From NCBI RefSeq assembly GCF_964355755.1, contig NC_092673.1:22255648-22319647 (forward strand): a stretch of DNA of 64,000 nucleotides, read 5' to 3'. Below the pieces are notes generated by a model, which made no database searches, was not told the DNA's origin, and was given only the letters and a program-made list of their open reading frames with translations. The stretch is from Antedon mediterranea (taxonomy: Eukaryota; Animalia; Echinodermata). The translations under genes and the position numbers were made by a program. Shown here one piece after another: positions 24,231 through 39,200 of the stretch. Positions within the stretch are counted from its first letter, which is position 1. The number at the start of each line of letters is the position of its first letter.

Positions 24231-27200
24231 ATGTTAAAAACAACAGATGATGATACGGAATTGATGGAGAATGTTAATTCTTTACGTAGAAGGTTGATGG
24301 AAACCGAGAAGAATCTTCATCGGTTACAAACCCCTCCAAAACATGGACAGAACAGGTGAACCAGTCAACCAACCGAAACCAAGAATGAATGTTTAGTTAA
24401 ATAGGAAAAATATTTTATGAGTTGAAAGATTATAACTTGTATATTTAACGAGGGCAGACTAAAGTAGGACAGTGAAGTTTCCAAAGAATATTGTCCATAT
24501 TAAAAACAAATACCAACCATTCATTCACCTACTTTTTCTAAAGTGAACTTTTATTGTTATAAATTAATCTGATACTGCTATCTTTAAACTAAGTCTAGAT
24601 GGGAGGAGAGTATATTAAAGTGGGTATGCTCTTCAATTTTTGCGAAAGAAAACAGTTATGGATGGCTCACACTACTACAGGTTGCTTTTTTCAAACGACA
24701 ACAGTCACTGTTGTGTTACAGTTACAAAAAAAATCATAAAGCTAAGAGTGCAATAGAACATTAAATAGAACTAATATTGAATGACACAGATACAGATCCT
24801 AAGAGTACTCATAGATCAATTTTAGTCTGTGAGAACTTTTACAGAACAACATTAGAAAGTAGATATTGATCACTCTCGCTAATTTTTTCATTTTAACCAT
24901 GTTTAATAGATACAGATTTAGTGGAGATACAGAATATTCAGATGATCCAGTTCCACCATTAACAATTGAGGATCTTACCCCAGAATCCAGCACTGATTTG
25001 GTATCAAGAACTAAAGGTTATCGACCCAGGATGGCAAAAACATCAAGTCATCACCTGGATGGAAGCAAGCCATCATTCTCTTTGCATAAGGTGAGAATTT
25101 TACAACAGGAAAGATTAACGCTTGATTGTAATAGACTGATTGATAAAGTATTGGCGAGTAGGCACTCCAAATATGAGATGTACACTATTAATGCATAATT
25201 TAAAGATGTATTGTTCCTCAAAAAACTTGAAAAAAATAAAGATTAATTAAATCAGACTTTAAATAGGTTATTTTGTAGTTTTAATAAAGTTAATCACTTA
25301 AAAAAACACAAAAAATATTTTTCTCATATAAAATGACACAGTAAATGGTAAAATTCAACCAAAAATCCTGGCAGCCAATTTGACTATTTTTTGCTTATTA
25401 TGTGACATTAAAATGGCATATTCAAGAAAAAAAATGTAAACAATACATCTTTAAGGATTTTAGTATCAAACGTGACAAGCAATCACGCTATTATAGTGAT
25501 CATTTTTTGCAATTTGTGCGTTTAAACATGACACATAATACAAATGTGTGCAATAAAGGGTCTTTCACACCTGTTCCGGCACGGTTCCGGTCCGGCGAAT
25601 CGAGCGCCAATGTTTCGTTTTCACGACGCTCCACACGGCCAAGCACCAATCGATATGCGCGTAGCCGCGTAAAAACGAAACATTGATGTTCGATTGGATT
25701 TGCCGTCGCCGGACCAAAACCGTGCCGGAGCAGGTGTGAAAGACCTTTAACAGTGTATTAAGTCTACTGTTAATGAACCTTAAAACATCTTAACAAACAC
25801 TTTAGTAATAGTATGCTACTTAGTTCTGAATAGGAGGTTTTTTATATGTATTGTATACACAGTGGTTATGACTGAACTTGTATATATTATTTTAGGGGAG
25901 TTCAAAATCAGGAGGAAGAATTTCTTTGCCACTGAAGGATTTTGATAATGAGGCTCTTCGAATTAAGCTGCAAGCTCAGAGAGAAGAGAATGCACAGTTG
26001 ATCTTGCAGAATCATAGTCTTCTAAGTCAGTTAGAAGACACTAGTTATCAACTTCACTCCACACAAGAAAAGGTACAAATTGTGAATGTATTTGTGGGGC
26101 AATTACCTGTGCCTTGCTAATTTGTAGATTGGGGTGTGCAGGGTCACCCATCTTCAAAGTCTCCCACACACCCTCCCACCCACCCTAAAGCTTACAGTAT
26201 TTTACCCAGCCTATTTTCAGTATAGCATCCATCCAAGAAATCTCAATAGGAATGCATTGTGCCTTATAAAGAACCCTAAAGCTCTGTCTACACTATCAAA
26301 CTAGTTTGACAAAAAAAGTGTGATGTGCCAAAATATGGTAGTGCTATGCCCAAATATGATATGACATCATCATGTCCATATATGGGCACATCAGATTTTG
26401 TTGTCACAAAAAGTTTGTTTGATGTGTAGACAAGGCTTAAATAAAATTCAATACTAAACATTTTTTTTAAAGTTCAATTCAGTTAGTGTTGAACTGGACT
26501 CTACAAGAGATTCAGTACCTAAACTGAAACAACAAGTGTCTAGTCTTAAAGAAGAGTTGAGCACATATGACAGCGCCCTCAGATCAACGGAGCAGCGTCT
26601 TAATGAGAGTCATCACTATCACGCAGAAAAAGATAAACATTTTGATCAGGTTAAAACAGAACTCATTGAAGTAAAAGATCATCTAGCAGAAGAAATGTTG
26701 AGAAGAGAAAGGTTTACCTTTGATTTATATAATGTCTAGACAATGAAAACAAAAACCTTATGTTTCCCAAGCATACCATCAATTATGATACAGTGTCGAT
26801 AAAATTGTCCTACATTTTTTTTAAATTGAGTTTGTGTAAATATTTAATTATGTAGTCTTGCTTAAAATCTACTGGCTCAAAGTCTAAAATATGAAAAAGC
26901 CCACTATTGAAAATTCATTGATGTATGCAATTTGTACTAAAAAAAACAACTCGATTTCAAACAAAAAAGCTGACGCTAGATTCTGGCTTGAGCAACATTT
27001 TGTTTTTACGCCCCAAGATATATTTTTATGAAATAATAAAAATTGAATGTTTGTGATTTATTATGTATGCAGTGTTCAGAATCAAAATGAGGAAGTTCAA
27101 AAGAACCTAGAAGATTTAAATGATCAACTGGAAAAATACAGGTTTAAAACTCAACAGAAGTTACAAAAGGTATAAAGCATTTCTTTCATGTAACCTGCCT

Positions 27201-30200
27201 CCTCCTATTTTCAATTTCTTCTTCTCTGAAGCTATTGACCAGGGCCAGATATCTCTTAAGCTCTATCTACACTATCAAACTTTATGTGACCAAAAAATGT
27301 GATGTTCATGTCTTATTCCATTCCTCCGTAACTCCTGCGATGTTTCATCTTGATTTCTTGATTTTTTTCTATTCAACCAGGCCTATACAAAGATTGTTAT
27401 GTGATCCAACTACAGCTTCTCATAAAAACTGAGTCGGTTGGATAGGAATTTTAATACAGATGATTTTATACTAATTATGTACTATTGCTTAGAAATCATC
27501 TAACTCTGCTAAAATCTAAAATACAAACGGAAAAAATCTAAAATACAAACGGTATTATAGAAAAGTCATTCTTGCATGCAATTTCTACAAAAAATAGTTG
27601 CTCAATTACTCAAAAAACATCCCTATATTCAAATGTTAAGATCTCACCTTTGAAGAAAATAATAAAATTCTGATACCGTTTTGTAAACATTTTTGTTGTC
27701 ATTATTAACAGCATCAGAGCAGTGAAGATCATTTACGAGAAAGTCTCTTACATTGTGATAAAGAACGGGAAGAACTCCTTTACAAGACAACAAGTCTTGA
27801 AGAGCAATTGCAAGACCTTAGTGAAGAAATTACGTAAGAAGCCATTGGTCATTTAGATTATCAAATTTACAAGTCAATATTTCTGATTCTTGAAAAAAAC
27901 AAATGACATAAAGAGAGAAAGTATATACTATAAGTTATAAATAAAAAATACCATTATTATCATGAACCATAGTTAGAAGTAGAACTATAGTCTCACTAGT
28001 ACCCAGAACAAAGATTCAAAACATATTATACAATAACACCAGGTTAATAATCTATTCTTTCAACTTAACATTTAGAAGGCTTAGAAAGGTGGATAGTGTT
28101 GAGAAACCAGCTCTGTTTTCGCGAAACAAAGAACTCGAGACAAGTCTATCACAACAATCACAGCTGATCAATCAACTTGAGAGGAATTTGGAGAGCAGTG
28201 TACATGACAGAGAAGAGCTTCAAGAACTGACGTCAAGGCAGAACCAAAGATTGGCAGAATCACAGAGGGAGGTAGAGCAAAGCCACCAACAGCTTAGTCA
28301 GTTAGAAAAAATAATTCAAACACTACAAACAAAACAGGTAAAAGTGTAGCAATTAACGTTTTTTGTTAAATTCCTTTTTAGAATGGTAATTTACTAAACA
28401 ATATGTTAAGAAATGTGCATGACTTTCTATAAAAATAAAAAATATGTATTTTAATATAACTAAGTATAAAAATGATACAATAATTAATACCACACACCAC
28501 CGGGTCGTCCACAGCCAATAAGCGTTGTGACCTATCAGAGAGACATTTCGTTTCTAAGACTAAGAAACATACTATAAGTACAGAAGGACTGTTTGACATG
28601 TACAGCTTAAATTTTCTGTTTTCTTAAATTTTTCATCAAGATTTCTAAAATTAAGTATAGAAAGTTGACAAATCTGCATAGCTATTCTATTAATGTAATT
28701 CTTGTTGTGTTTTTAAAATGTACAGGAAAAATCTTCAGTTCAAGGTGAATATTACCATCCAAAAGCAAGCAGTCCTACTAATAGCATCAAATCAATCCCA
28801 GAAACCCTTCTATCAAGTATATCTGTTGACATGGATGCATACCAAGGAACCAATTTATCATATAAAGCACAGGTTGATGATCTTAAGTAAGTCAACCATA
28901 ATGATCATGTGGGTTTCATATAGCGCTCCTCATCTATTTCAAATTCTAGTTTTATTATATAACCTCTTTGGGTTTCAACTGCTGTTTCTAAAAATAATAA
29001 CAAAACAGAGAGGTACTTTAATACTATTGCCTGACAATCCTAGTCTGGCTTTGCCCTATTGAATACTCATAAACATTCATTATTTGTATGAGGGTTGATT
29101 TTAAATTCATTCCGGGTCATAAAAAGTTAAAATGGTTTCTTTTAGAATGAAGCTGTCAATGAAAGAAGCAGAGGTTTATTCGTTGAATTCTGCAAGACAA
29201 CAAGAAGAGGCCAGACTTAATGATTCAGGCGTGATGGACGGGCTTAGGTCTGAACTTATGGCAATCGTTGAGAAAAGTAAACAAGGTTAGTAGAAATATC
29301 TCTACTTAGAATATGTTCATGCTTAAAATGTATAATACAATTATATAATACAGGAATTTATTATTATTAATTATAAAAATAAAAATGATACAAAGAATAG
29401 AATTAAAAAATAGGAATATACTATTTTTAGTGAATATTCACTAAGGCACAAAATCGATTTCTCTACACAGTGAATTGTTAGAAATTCTATAGTTAAACCT
29501 TTTTCTTGAAGTTTTAAAATAATTGTTTTTGTTCATATTAAAAATAAATATATAAATAAATAGTTTTTTTCTGTTCTTGTTAGGAGACAGAAAAGCACAT
29601 GAGTTAGAAACCATCGTTCGTAAACTTGAGGATGATAGGAGGCGCATCAAATCGGAAATATTCATGTTGCGTGACCAGCTGGCTGATAGCGATGCAAGGA
29701 ATACTGCTCTCAAAGCACGCATTACCCAGCGTAATGCTCAAGTTGTTGAGCTGCAAAATGATCTTGAGGAAAAACAAGGAGAATTTGTTTCTGTCCAGAG
29801 AACGGTTTGTTTTATTTTTGTTGTAAAGGTGAAAATATAAATGAGTGCGTATTGTGTACATGTGTTTAGTCAAATTAGCTACTTCTTGAAACATTTTTCA
29901 GCAAGATGTTTTGTGTAGATATGTTGTGCAGTGGATAAGAGCTCTTTGCAGATGAGCTTCTATTTATATTAAGCAAACAATGACCATATTAGGACATAAC
30001 AGAATAGGCGGATCCAGGAGGCGGGCTACCAGCCTGCCCGCACCCTTTTTCCTCATAATGCAAAAGATAGGATATCAGATTAAGTTCAGCACTTTATTTC
30101 ACTCTTTCACATTTTAGACCCTGCACCCCCACCCCACCCATTTCAAAATCCTGGATCAACCACTAAACAGTATTCAATCAGCATGTCTAAAAAATTTAAA

Positions 30201-33200
30201 AAAACGTAGTATTTGTCTTTGTGAATCAAAAATAAGTGCTTTCCTGCTGTTTTCCTGTTTTTAGCTTAAAAAGAAGTCAAATCAACTTGAACTTGTTGAG
30301 AAAGATTTGGATGACAAGAGTACCGCACTAGGACATCACATTGCTACTGTTGAAAATCTAAAAGACGAACTTGATCAAACTAAACAGGAATGCAGAAATT
30401 ACAAGGTGCGTAATATTGACAACAATGAAATCTATACTCAACAATGGTATAACTTTATTTCAATAACTTTCATTCAAAGTCATTACTATTTTTTTAGATT
30501 TGTCCTTTCACTTGAAAAAGTAATGAATGCAGAAGAACTTTAGGTAAAGATTGATAAAATAAGTTTTAAGACAAATTTTTTAATATACATAAAACCATTC
30601 TCACAGATAACGTCATTGTTTTATTGTTAGAGTAATGAATATTGCCTTCGTAAACAATACTTGTAATAGACTGTAGTTTCTTAAAACATGCCTTCAACAT
30701 TCATATTGTAAAGATTCATTTGTGGTACAATTCATAATACTTTGTTAATAATAATAATTCTTTTTTTGACAGAATTTAATGGATGAAAGAAATACAGAAC
30801 TAGATGATGTAACACAAAGCATTGATAAAATAAAGGATTTAAATGCTGAGCAATGTCATGAACTAGAAAAACAAATTGAAATGGTAAAAATATCTATTAT
30901 AATTAAACAATTAAAATAATAATAATAATAATAATAAAAACCATTTTCAGTGCAATTTAACTGTAGAGAGGCTTAATTTGATTAGTTACCCAGATTTTAA
31001 TGTAACCTGCAACTCCAGTAAAACCCTATTTGGAGGACATCCCTATTAAGGGGACACTCTTATTAACAGAATAAGTATTCAAGAAGTGCTTAATTGAAAA
31101 ATTAAAGCTATCAAACCAGTTGTGGAATTAAGATTTAAGAAAATAAATATGCACAAATAAGTGCTTGTTTTATTTTGAAAATCATTGAGTTAAGATGATT
31201 ATTTTTACATATAAATTTGACTCCTAGTATGTATTACATTTTAGCTTCAGAATCTGTGTGATGACAGGCTTCAGCAAGTTGATGCTTCTCAACAAAGTAT
31301 ATGCTTACTGAGAAATGAACTTGATATCAAGAATTCTGAAATTCAAGATCTTAGCAATAAATTATTCTCAAACAATAAGGTATCACTTTTATATTTAATA
31401 AATTATCAATTTGTCATTGGTTACTTAGAGGCTCCTTGAGACTAAGGTTGTGGCTGATGAGCCTATGAGTGAAATTTAAAAAACACATAATGTAGTTGAG
31501 AGGTTTTGTACTTATTTAATTAGGAACTAAGCACAAAACTTACTGATCAGCAAGAAGCCTGGGAAACATTAAGGAGCAGGGCTGCTCAAGATAGCAACAA
31601 AGTGGCACAGCTAGAAGGCGCCCTCATTATATGCAAAGAACAGTTTCAAAAATGTGTAGAGCAACTTGATGAGCAGACTAATGAATATGAGAAAGAAATG
31701 ACAGGAAAAATAAAAGAGGTATTAAATATATACTATTTAAAAATACTTTTAAATACTATTTCACGTTGAGTGGCTGATTAAAGCAGAGGCACTGTAACCT
31801 ACAACCATAGGCATAGGTTCAAAGCGTCCAGGTTCAGATAGATTGTTACCACTTCTTGGCATGTAAGGCAACCTTTGTTTGTTTAAATTCCAAGTTTTAA
31901 TTAAAATGTCCAATTAATTTTAATTAAAGAAGTTAAAATGATTTCTCTCACAAAAAACAAAAAATAAATCAGGAGCTTGTGTGTCTCCCTCTCAGTGACC
32001 CCTAGAGCGATGCCAACTAGAGATAAATCTTCTGGTTAGGATCTCCCAATCCCATGGTGGAAAGACACATGATAGAAGCCATACAAATAGAAACTCATCG
32101 GGTTGGAGCTTTAGCACATACTTGAAACAAACAATGTAGATCATTCATTTGTTAATATGTAATTATCAGATTGAGACCCTTAAAAAATTGGTGCAAGATT
32201 TAAAGAGTGATATGGCTGATAAAGAAGACGAGGTTACAGGACTTCACCAGTCATTGAATGAAAGACAACAAATGCTGGCACAGAGCAGCAACCGCATCAG
32301 TGATCTAGAAGATAGAGAAAGTCAACTGGAAAAACAGGTAAAGACGTGCATTTTATTCTCACATTTTGCTCATCCATTATTTGCTTCAAATGTGAAAGTC
32401 AACAATTATAATCCTTGAATCATGCTCTTTACAGCATGTTGTTTACAAAGCTGAAGAATCATTGTTAAATTTAGAATCCATAAATGTTTTATTTGGCATT
32501 GGTGAAAGCTCCCTCGGAAGACATTCACAGCCTAACCGATTTGTGCAAATTTGGCTTGTGCAGGATAGATTTGGTAGAATTACAAAACAAAAGTTTTCTA
32601 AAGAAACAATAACATTTATATAATATTAATTTACTTTATATCTGTTCATTTTTACTAGATTTCTGATCTAGAAAAAGAGTTAAGTCAATTTGAGAGCAGT
32701 GCTGAAAAAGATGCAGATGCGTTAGAGAAGAAGTTACACCGTGCTTGCTGTGATCTCGAAGAGAGAACAACTCAAGTTGCAAAACTAACTTATGATGTTA
32801 GGTAAGAATGAGCTACATGGTGTATCTACTTTGATGTATTTGATATTGATTAAGAGATAACAACTCAAGTTGCAAAACTAACACATGATGTTAGGTAAGA
32901 ATGAGCTACATGGTGTATCTACTTTGATGTATTTGATATTGTTTAAGTATGTACAGTCAGTATGAAAATTGGACAATATTGCAAACACAATGCTCCACAA
33001 TTATAAAGGAAATCCAGTGGTTGTATTTACCAATCACACACAAGTGAGATATTTCCCCTAAGCTCTGTCTACACTATCAGATTTTATGTGATGTGCTCAT
33101 ATAACTACCATATTTAGGCACATCACACTCTTTTTGTCCAACTAGTTTGATAGTGTAGACAGAGCTTTAGATAAATATTTCAAAAAATATAATATTAGCC

Positions 33201-36200
33201 TAGATGTGAATTGCACCTACCATCTAATAAATGTCAGTTGAAAATGTTTCTGGCAGCTGGTGCATTAATGGTTCAAATATTAAAAAAACAAATCTTCACC
33301 TTATTTCATAATAGTTTATTTGAAACATTACAGACAGTTGAAATGTGAATTAGAAGACAAAGAGAAACATATAGAACACCTTGTGGAGACTACGCAACAA
33401 GTGAAAAAAGATTCAGAGAATCAGACTCAAAAGAAACAAGACTTAGAACAAGAATTAAGCCAAGCAAATGAAAGTATACAGATATATCAACAGAAAAGTG
33501 AGGATAGTATTATCATAGTTGAGTGTGACGCATGACAAACATTTTTGGATATGGACTCGCCAACAGCATACCAAAATAATTATATTATAAAGTACCTCAA
33601 GATATTTAATATAGTAATATCAACAATTTAAAACATTGTGCTATAAAATAGTATTTGTACATTTGTCCATTATATACATTTTTGCAATTGCATACATCAA
33701 TAGATATGGTGTATCAAAATGACAAGAATTTTTGGAAGGGTTTTAACTACATTTGGTGGCTAGAATTTTAATTTTGTAACATAAAAGACATATTTAAAAG
33801 AACATTTAAATTAAATTGTCCATATTATAATAGAAAAACATTTGTGAATTAACATTTTAATATTACAATATATTGTAGGTATCTGCTGTCTGTTTTCTGA
33901 CATTTAAAACAAGTTTTGGTTTATTTGATAAAAGTTAAAGATTTGGAACACAATCAAGAAACTACAGAGACAGATTTATTACAGTTCAAGAACCGAGCAA
34001 CTGAGATGGATTCAGAGTTACGACGGGCTCAGGGACAGCTGCATGAAGCCTTTGAACAACTCGCTAATCTTCAAGACAACTTGCAAAGAAGTAAATCAAA
34101 TGCAAAAAGTCATGAGGACCAGGCTAACAAGCTAGGCCTTAGTCTCAGGTAAAGTTTCATTAAACAATCTAGGCCCTATCAAGCAAGTAAAGTTTAGTTA
34201 CATCTAACATGTAAAGTAACACCTATGTAAAGTTTCATCTATGTAAAGTTACATCTATGTAAAGTTTCATCTATGTAAAGTTTCATCTATGTAAAGTTTT
34301 ATCTATGTAAAGTTTCATCTATGTCAAATTTTATCCATGTAAAGTTACAGTTATGTAAAGTTACATCTATGTAAAGTTACACCTATGTAAAGTTAGATCT
34401 ATGTAAAGTTACATCTATGTAAAGTTTCATCTATGTAAAGTTTTATCTATGTAAAGTTTCATCTATGTATAATTTCATCTATGTAAAGTTTCATCTATGT
34501 AAAGTTACATCTATGTCAAATTTCATCCATGTAAAGTTACAGTTATGTAAAGTTACATCTATGTAAAGTTACATTTATGTAAAGTTACACCTATGTAAAG
34601 TTAGATCTATGTAAAGTTACATCTATGTAAAGTTAAATCTATGTAAAATTATATCTATGTAAAGTTACATTTATGTAAAGTTACATTTATGTAAAGTTAC
34701 ATCTATGTAAAATTGTCCTGATGATGGTGAGTTTTACTGAGTATTCTTATATATGCAAAAACAAATTATAAACGCAGTACAGTATATTTTTCAGCTGTGT
34801 TTTCATTTTAGACAAAGTCATGATGAATTAAAAGTAAAAGAGAAGGACATTGAACAGCTAGATGAAGCTCTGAAGTCAAGACAAAGAGATCTACAACAAC
34901 GGGCAGCTCAGGTTATTGTTATTATTTGTTTAAAAATTAAAGGATTTCCGCTTCCTAATTTGTAGACTTTATCAATTTATTTAAATAAACTCTGTCTACT
35001 ACTGGCTATTAATGCCTAAAAAGAATAAATAAATAATAAATAAATATATCAAACTAGTTTGAAAAAAAAGTGTGATGTGCACATGGTATTGATATACCCA
35101 AATATGCTACTGATATGACATGTCCATATACAGGCATAGGCATATATGTCACATAAAGTTTGATAGTGTAAACATACCTTAAGATGTATCACTATAATTT
35201 GCAATAAACATGTTGTCACATGTACAGTAACATGTTCATGATTTAATACATGCTGGCATATCATACAATTTTATCTCCATTTTTCAAGTTCATAATGTGG
35301 TTGATGTTTTTTAAAGTGTATTAAGTTTGTATTTAATAGCTTTCACAATTGAACAGTGTCATCAAAATGCATCAGGGGGAAATGGAGCAACGCATCTTAG
35401 TGCTACAGTCAGAACTGAGTCGTGCACAAGCTGATGTACAACACAGAAACAAACAGGTACTAAAAAGAATGTGAGCTTTTGATGGATCTTCCAGCAAATG
35501 TATAATGGCACTTCCAAACCCACTGTATTAGAAACAAACCAGTGTATGATTCACCTTAGCTTGTAATGGTGACCAACATTCTGTATTCACTTTGACACCT
35601 TAGTTTTTGATTGTCACCAACATTCTGTATTCACTTTGTCACCTTAGTTTATGATTGTCACCAGCATTCTGTATTCACTTTGTCACCTTAGTTTATGATT
35701 GTCACCAACATTCTGTATTCACTTTGTCACCTTAGTTTATGATTGTCACCAGCATTCTGTATTCACTTTGTCACCTTAGTTTATGATTGTCACCAACATT
35801 CTGTATTCACTTTGTCACCTTTAGCTTGTGATGGTGACCAACATTCTAAATACTCACTTTGTCACCTTAGCTTATGATTGTCACCAACTTTCTGTATTCA
35901 CTTTGTCACCTTAGGTTATGATTGTCACCAACATTCTGTATTCACTTTGTCACCTTAGTTTTTGATTGTCACCAACATTCTGTATTCACTTTGTCACCTT
36001 AGTTTTTGATTGTCACCAACATTCTGTATTCACTTTGTCACCTTAGTTTATGATTGTCACCAACATTCTGTATTCACTTTGTCACCTTAGTTTATGATTG
36101 TCACCAACATTCTGTATTCACTTTGTCACCTTAGTTTTTGATAGTCACCAACATTCTGTATTCACTTTGACACCTTAGTTTATGATTGTCACCAACATTC

Positions 36201-39200
36201 TGTATTCACTTTGACACCTTAGTTTATGATTGTCACCAACATTCTGTATTCACTTTGTCACCTTAGTTTATGATTGTCACCAACATTCTGTATTCACTTT
36301 GTCACCTTAGTTTATGATTGTCACCAACATTCTGTATTCACTTTGTCACCTTAGTTTATGATTGTCACCAACATTCTGTATTCACTTTGTCACCTTAGTT
36401 TATGATTGTCACCAACATTCTGTATTCACTTTGTCACCTTAGGTTATAATTGTCACCAACATTCTGTATTCACTTTGTCACCTTAGTTTATGATTGTCAC
36501 CAACATTCTGTATTCACTTTGTCACCTTAGTTTATGATTGTCACCAACATTCTGTATTCACTTTGTCACCTTAGTTTTTGATTGTCACCAACATTCTGTA
36601 TTCACTTTGTCACCTTAGGTTATAATTGTCACCAACATTCTGTATTCACTTTGTCACCTTAGTTTTTGATTGTCACCAACATTCTGTATTCACTTTGACA
36701 CCTTAGTTTATGATTGTCACCAACATTCTGTATTCACTTTGTCACCTTAGTTTTTGATTGTCACCAACATTCTGTATTCACTTTGTCACCTTAGTTTATG
36801 ATTGTCACCAACATTCTGTATTCACTTTGTCACCTTAGGTTATGATTGTCACCAACATTCTGTATTCACTTTGTCACCTTAGTTTATGATTGTCACCAAC
36901 ATTCTGTATTCACTTTGTCACCTTAGTTTATGATTGTCACCAACATTCTGTATTCACTTTGTCACCTTAGGTTGTGATTGTCACCAACATTCTGTATTCA
37001 CTTTGTCACCTTAGTTGATGATTGTCACCAACATTCTGTATTCACTTTGTCACCTTAGATTATGATTGTCACCAACATTCTGTATTCACTTTGACACCTT
37101 AGTTGATGATTGTCACCAACATTCTGTATTCACTTTGTCACCTTAGGTTATGATTGTCACCAACATTCTGTATTCACTTTGTCACCTTAGTTTATGATTG
37201 TCACCAACATTCTGTATTCACTTTGTCACCTTAGGTTATGATTGTCACCAACATTCTGTATTCACTTTGTCACCTTAGTTTATGATTGTCACCAACATTC
37301 TGTATTCACTTTGTCACCTTAGTTTATGATTGTCACCAACATTCTGTATTCACTTTGTCACCTTAGGTTGTGATTGTCACCAACATTCTGTATTCACTTT
37401 GTCACCTTAATTGATGATTGTCACCAACATTCTGTATTCACTTTGTCACCTTAGATTATGATTGTCACCAACATTCTGTATTCACTTTGACACCTTAGTT
37501 GATGATTGTCACCAACATTCTGTATTCACTTTGTCACCTTAGGTTATGATTGTCACCAACATTCTGTATTCACTTTGTCACCTTAGGTTATGATGGTAAC
37601 CAACTTTCTATAGTCACTTTGTCACTTCATGTATGGCACTTGGTTTATAATGGTGACCAACATTTATATACAATCACTTTGTCACCTGATTTGCTAGTGA
37701 TCATCTAAAATACTAACCTGGTTTATTGTGGTAACCAGTGAGTTTGAGTCAGTGGAACAGTTTGAATAATATTGTTAAGCCTGTTTTCCTGTCGACGTTG
37801 AAATACGTTGAGTTGCGTTGAGTTTAAAATCGTTAAAGTTGAAAATAAAATAGCGATGACGATGATCGAGTCGGACCGCTAATATTTACACATTTTTACG
37901 CGATCGTTCATAGTTTCTTGGTTCTCTCGAGCGTTGCTGGGACACGCGGACGTGAAGTGTTGCAAAACTAAGGCCGGCCACGCGCAGCCGGGACCGTGTG
38001 AAAATTGAAAAAGTTACGGGTTTTGATGCTTAAACCCAGCCTAGTACATACTTATTATTATTATTATTATTATTATTACTTGTATAGCGCACATTTATAC
38101 AACATTTAATTATAATCACCGGCGCTTCACATCAATTAGTATCGTAACATTCTTTGAAATATAGTGCTTTTAAATGTTTTTTAAACTGATTATAGTCGTC
38201 TAAGTGCTTAATGTGACTTGGTAATCTGTTCCAAATTTTGGGTCCTGCTACGGCGAACGAACGGTCAGCAAATGTCTTTCGTTTAGTTCGTGGGATTGTC
38301 AGGTTATAATTGCTGGTGCTTGAACGAGTACTGCGAGAAACATTCCGCACAGTAAGAATATCTCTCAGGTAACTTGGAGCGGAACCTTTAAGCGAACGCC
38401 ATACAAGACACGCTATTTTGAATTGACATCTATGAGATATCGGAAGCCAGTGCAAGGATCGCATGGCGTTAGTTGCACTGTCATACCGACCTTTCCTGAC
38501 AATTATTTTCGCAGCTTGGTGCAGTAACCTCTTCATTGGAGCAAGGGTATTAGCAGGTAGACCATAATACAATGCATTGGCGTAATCAATATGTGACAGC
38601 ACGAGCGATTGAACTAGTTGTTGGCAAAGGTCCTTGGAGAGAAATTTACTTTCGTTGATATCTTAATCTAGGCTTACACTAAAGACAAACATTAAATTTA
38701 ATTGGTTTAATATTATAATTTAATTTAACTTACACTTGTTTTTTTTAAATATCAGACCTTAAAAGTGTACAAAAAAGGTGAAAAACATCGTCGCGTTGTA
38801 AACATTCAAGAATTGTCAGCGCGTACCTATTTTTTCACAAACTGCAATGACGTAATTTGTGGACCATTTGATTGGTCAGTTTTAACGATCGTAACGATTG
38901 TAATCTTAAATCGTTAAAGTTGAAATCGGTTCAACTTTAACGATTTAAGATTTTAACGATTTTCAACGTTAATTTTTACCCCCTTTTCCTGTTAAATCGT
39001 TGAATATGTCAACTCAACGCAACTCAACGCAACTCAACGTAACTTAACGTCGACAGGAAAACAGGCTTTATAACAGTACTTGTTTTCATTTAGATTGAAA
39101 ACTTAGATGACACAGTAAATGATCAAAAAGCTCAACTGAAAGATAAGGCATTACAGATACTGCAACTTGAACAGGATATTAAACAGCAACAAAAAGAAAT

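Noticed and set aside
31765-31830. tRNA-like A/B boxes (also near 18200-18245 and 20270-20310)
   Set aside because: No cloverleaf can be built; at most decayed SINE heads.
35550-37690. CRISPR-like appearance of regular repeats (also the 148-bp arrays)
   Set aside because: Units are contiguous without unique spacers, there are no cas genes, and the context is eukaryotic introns.
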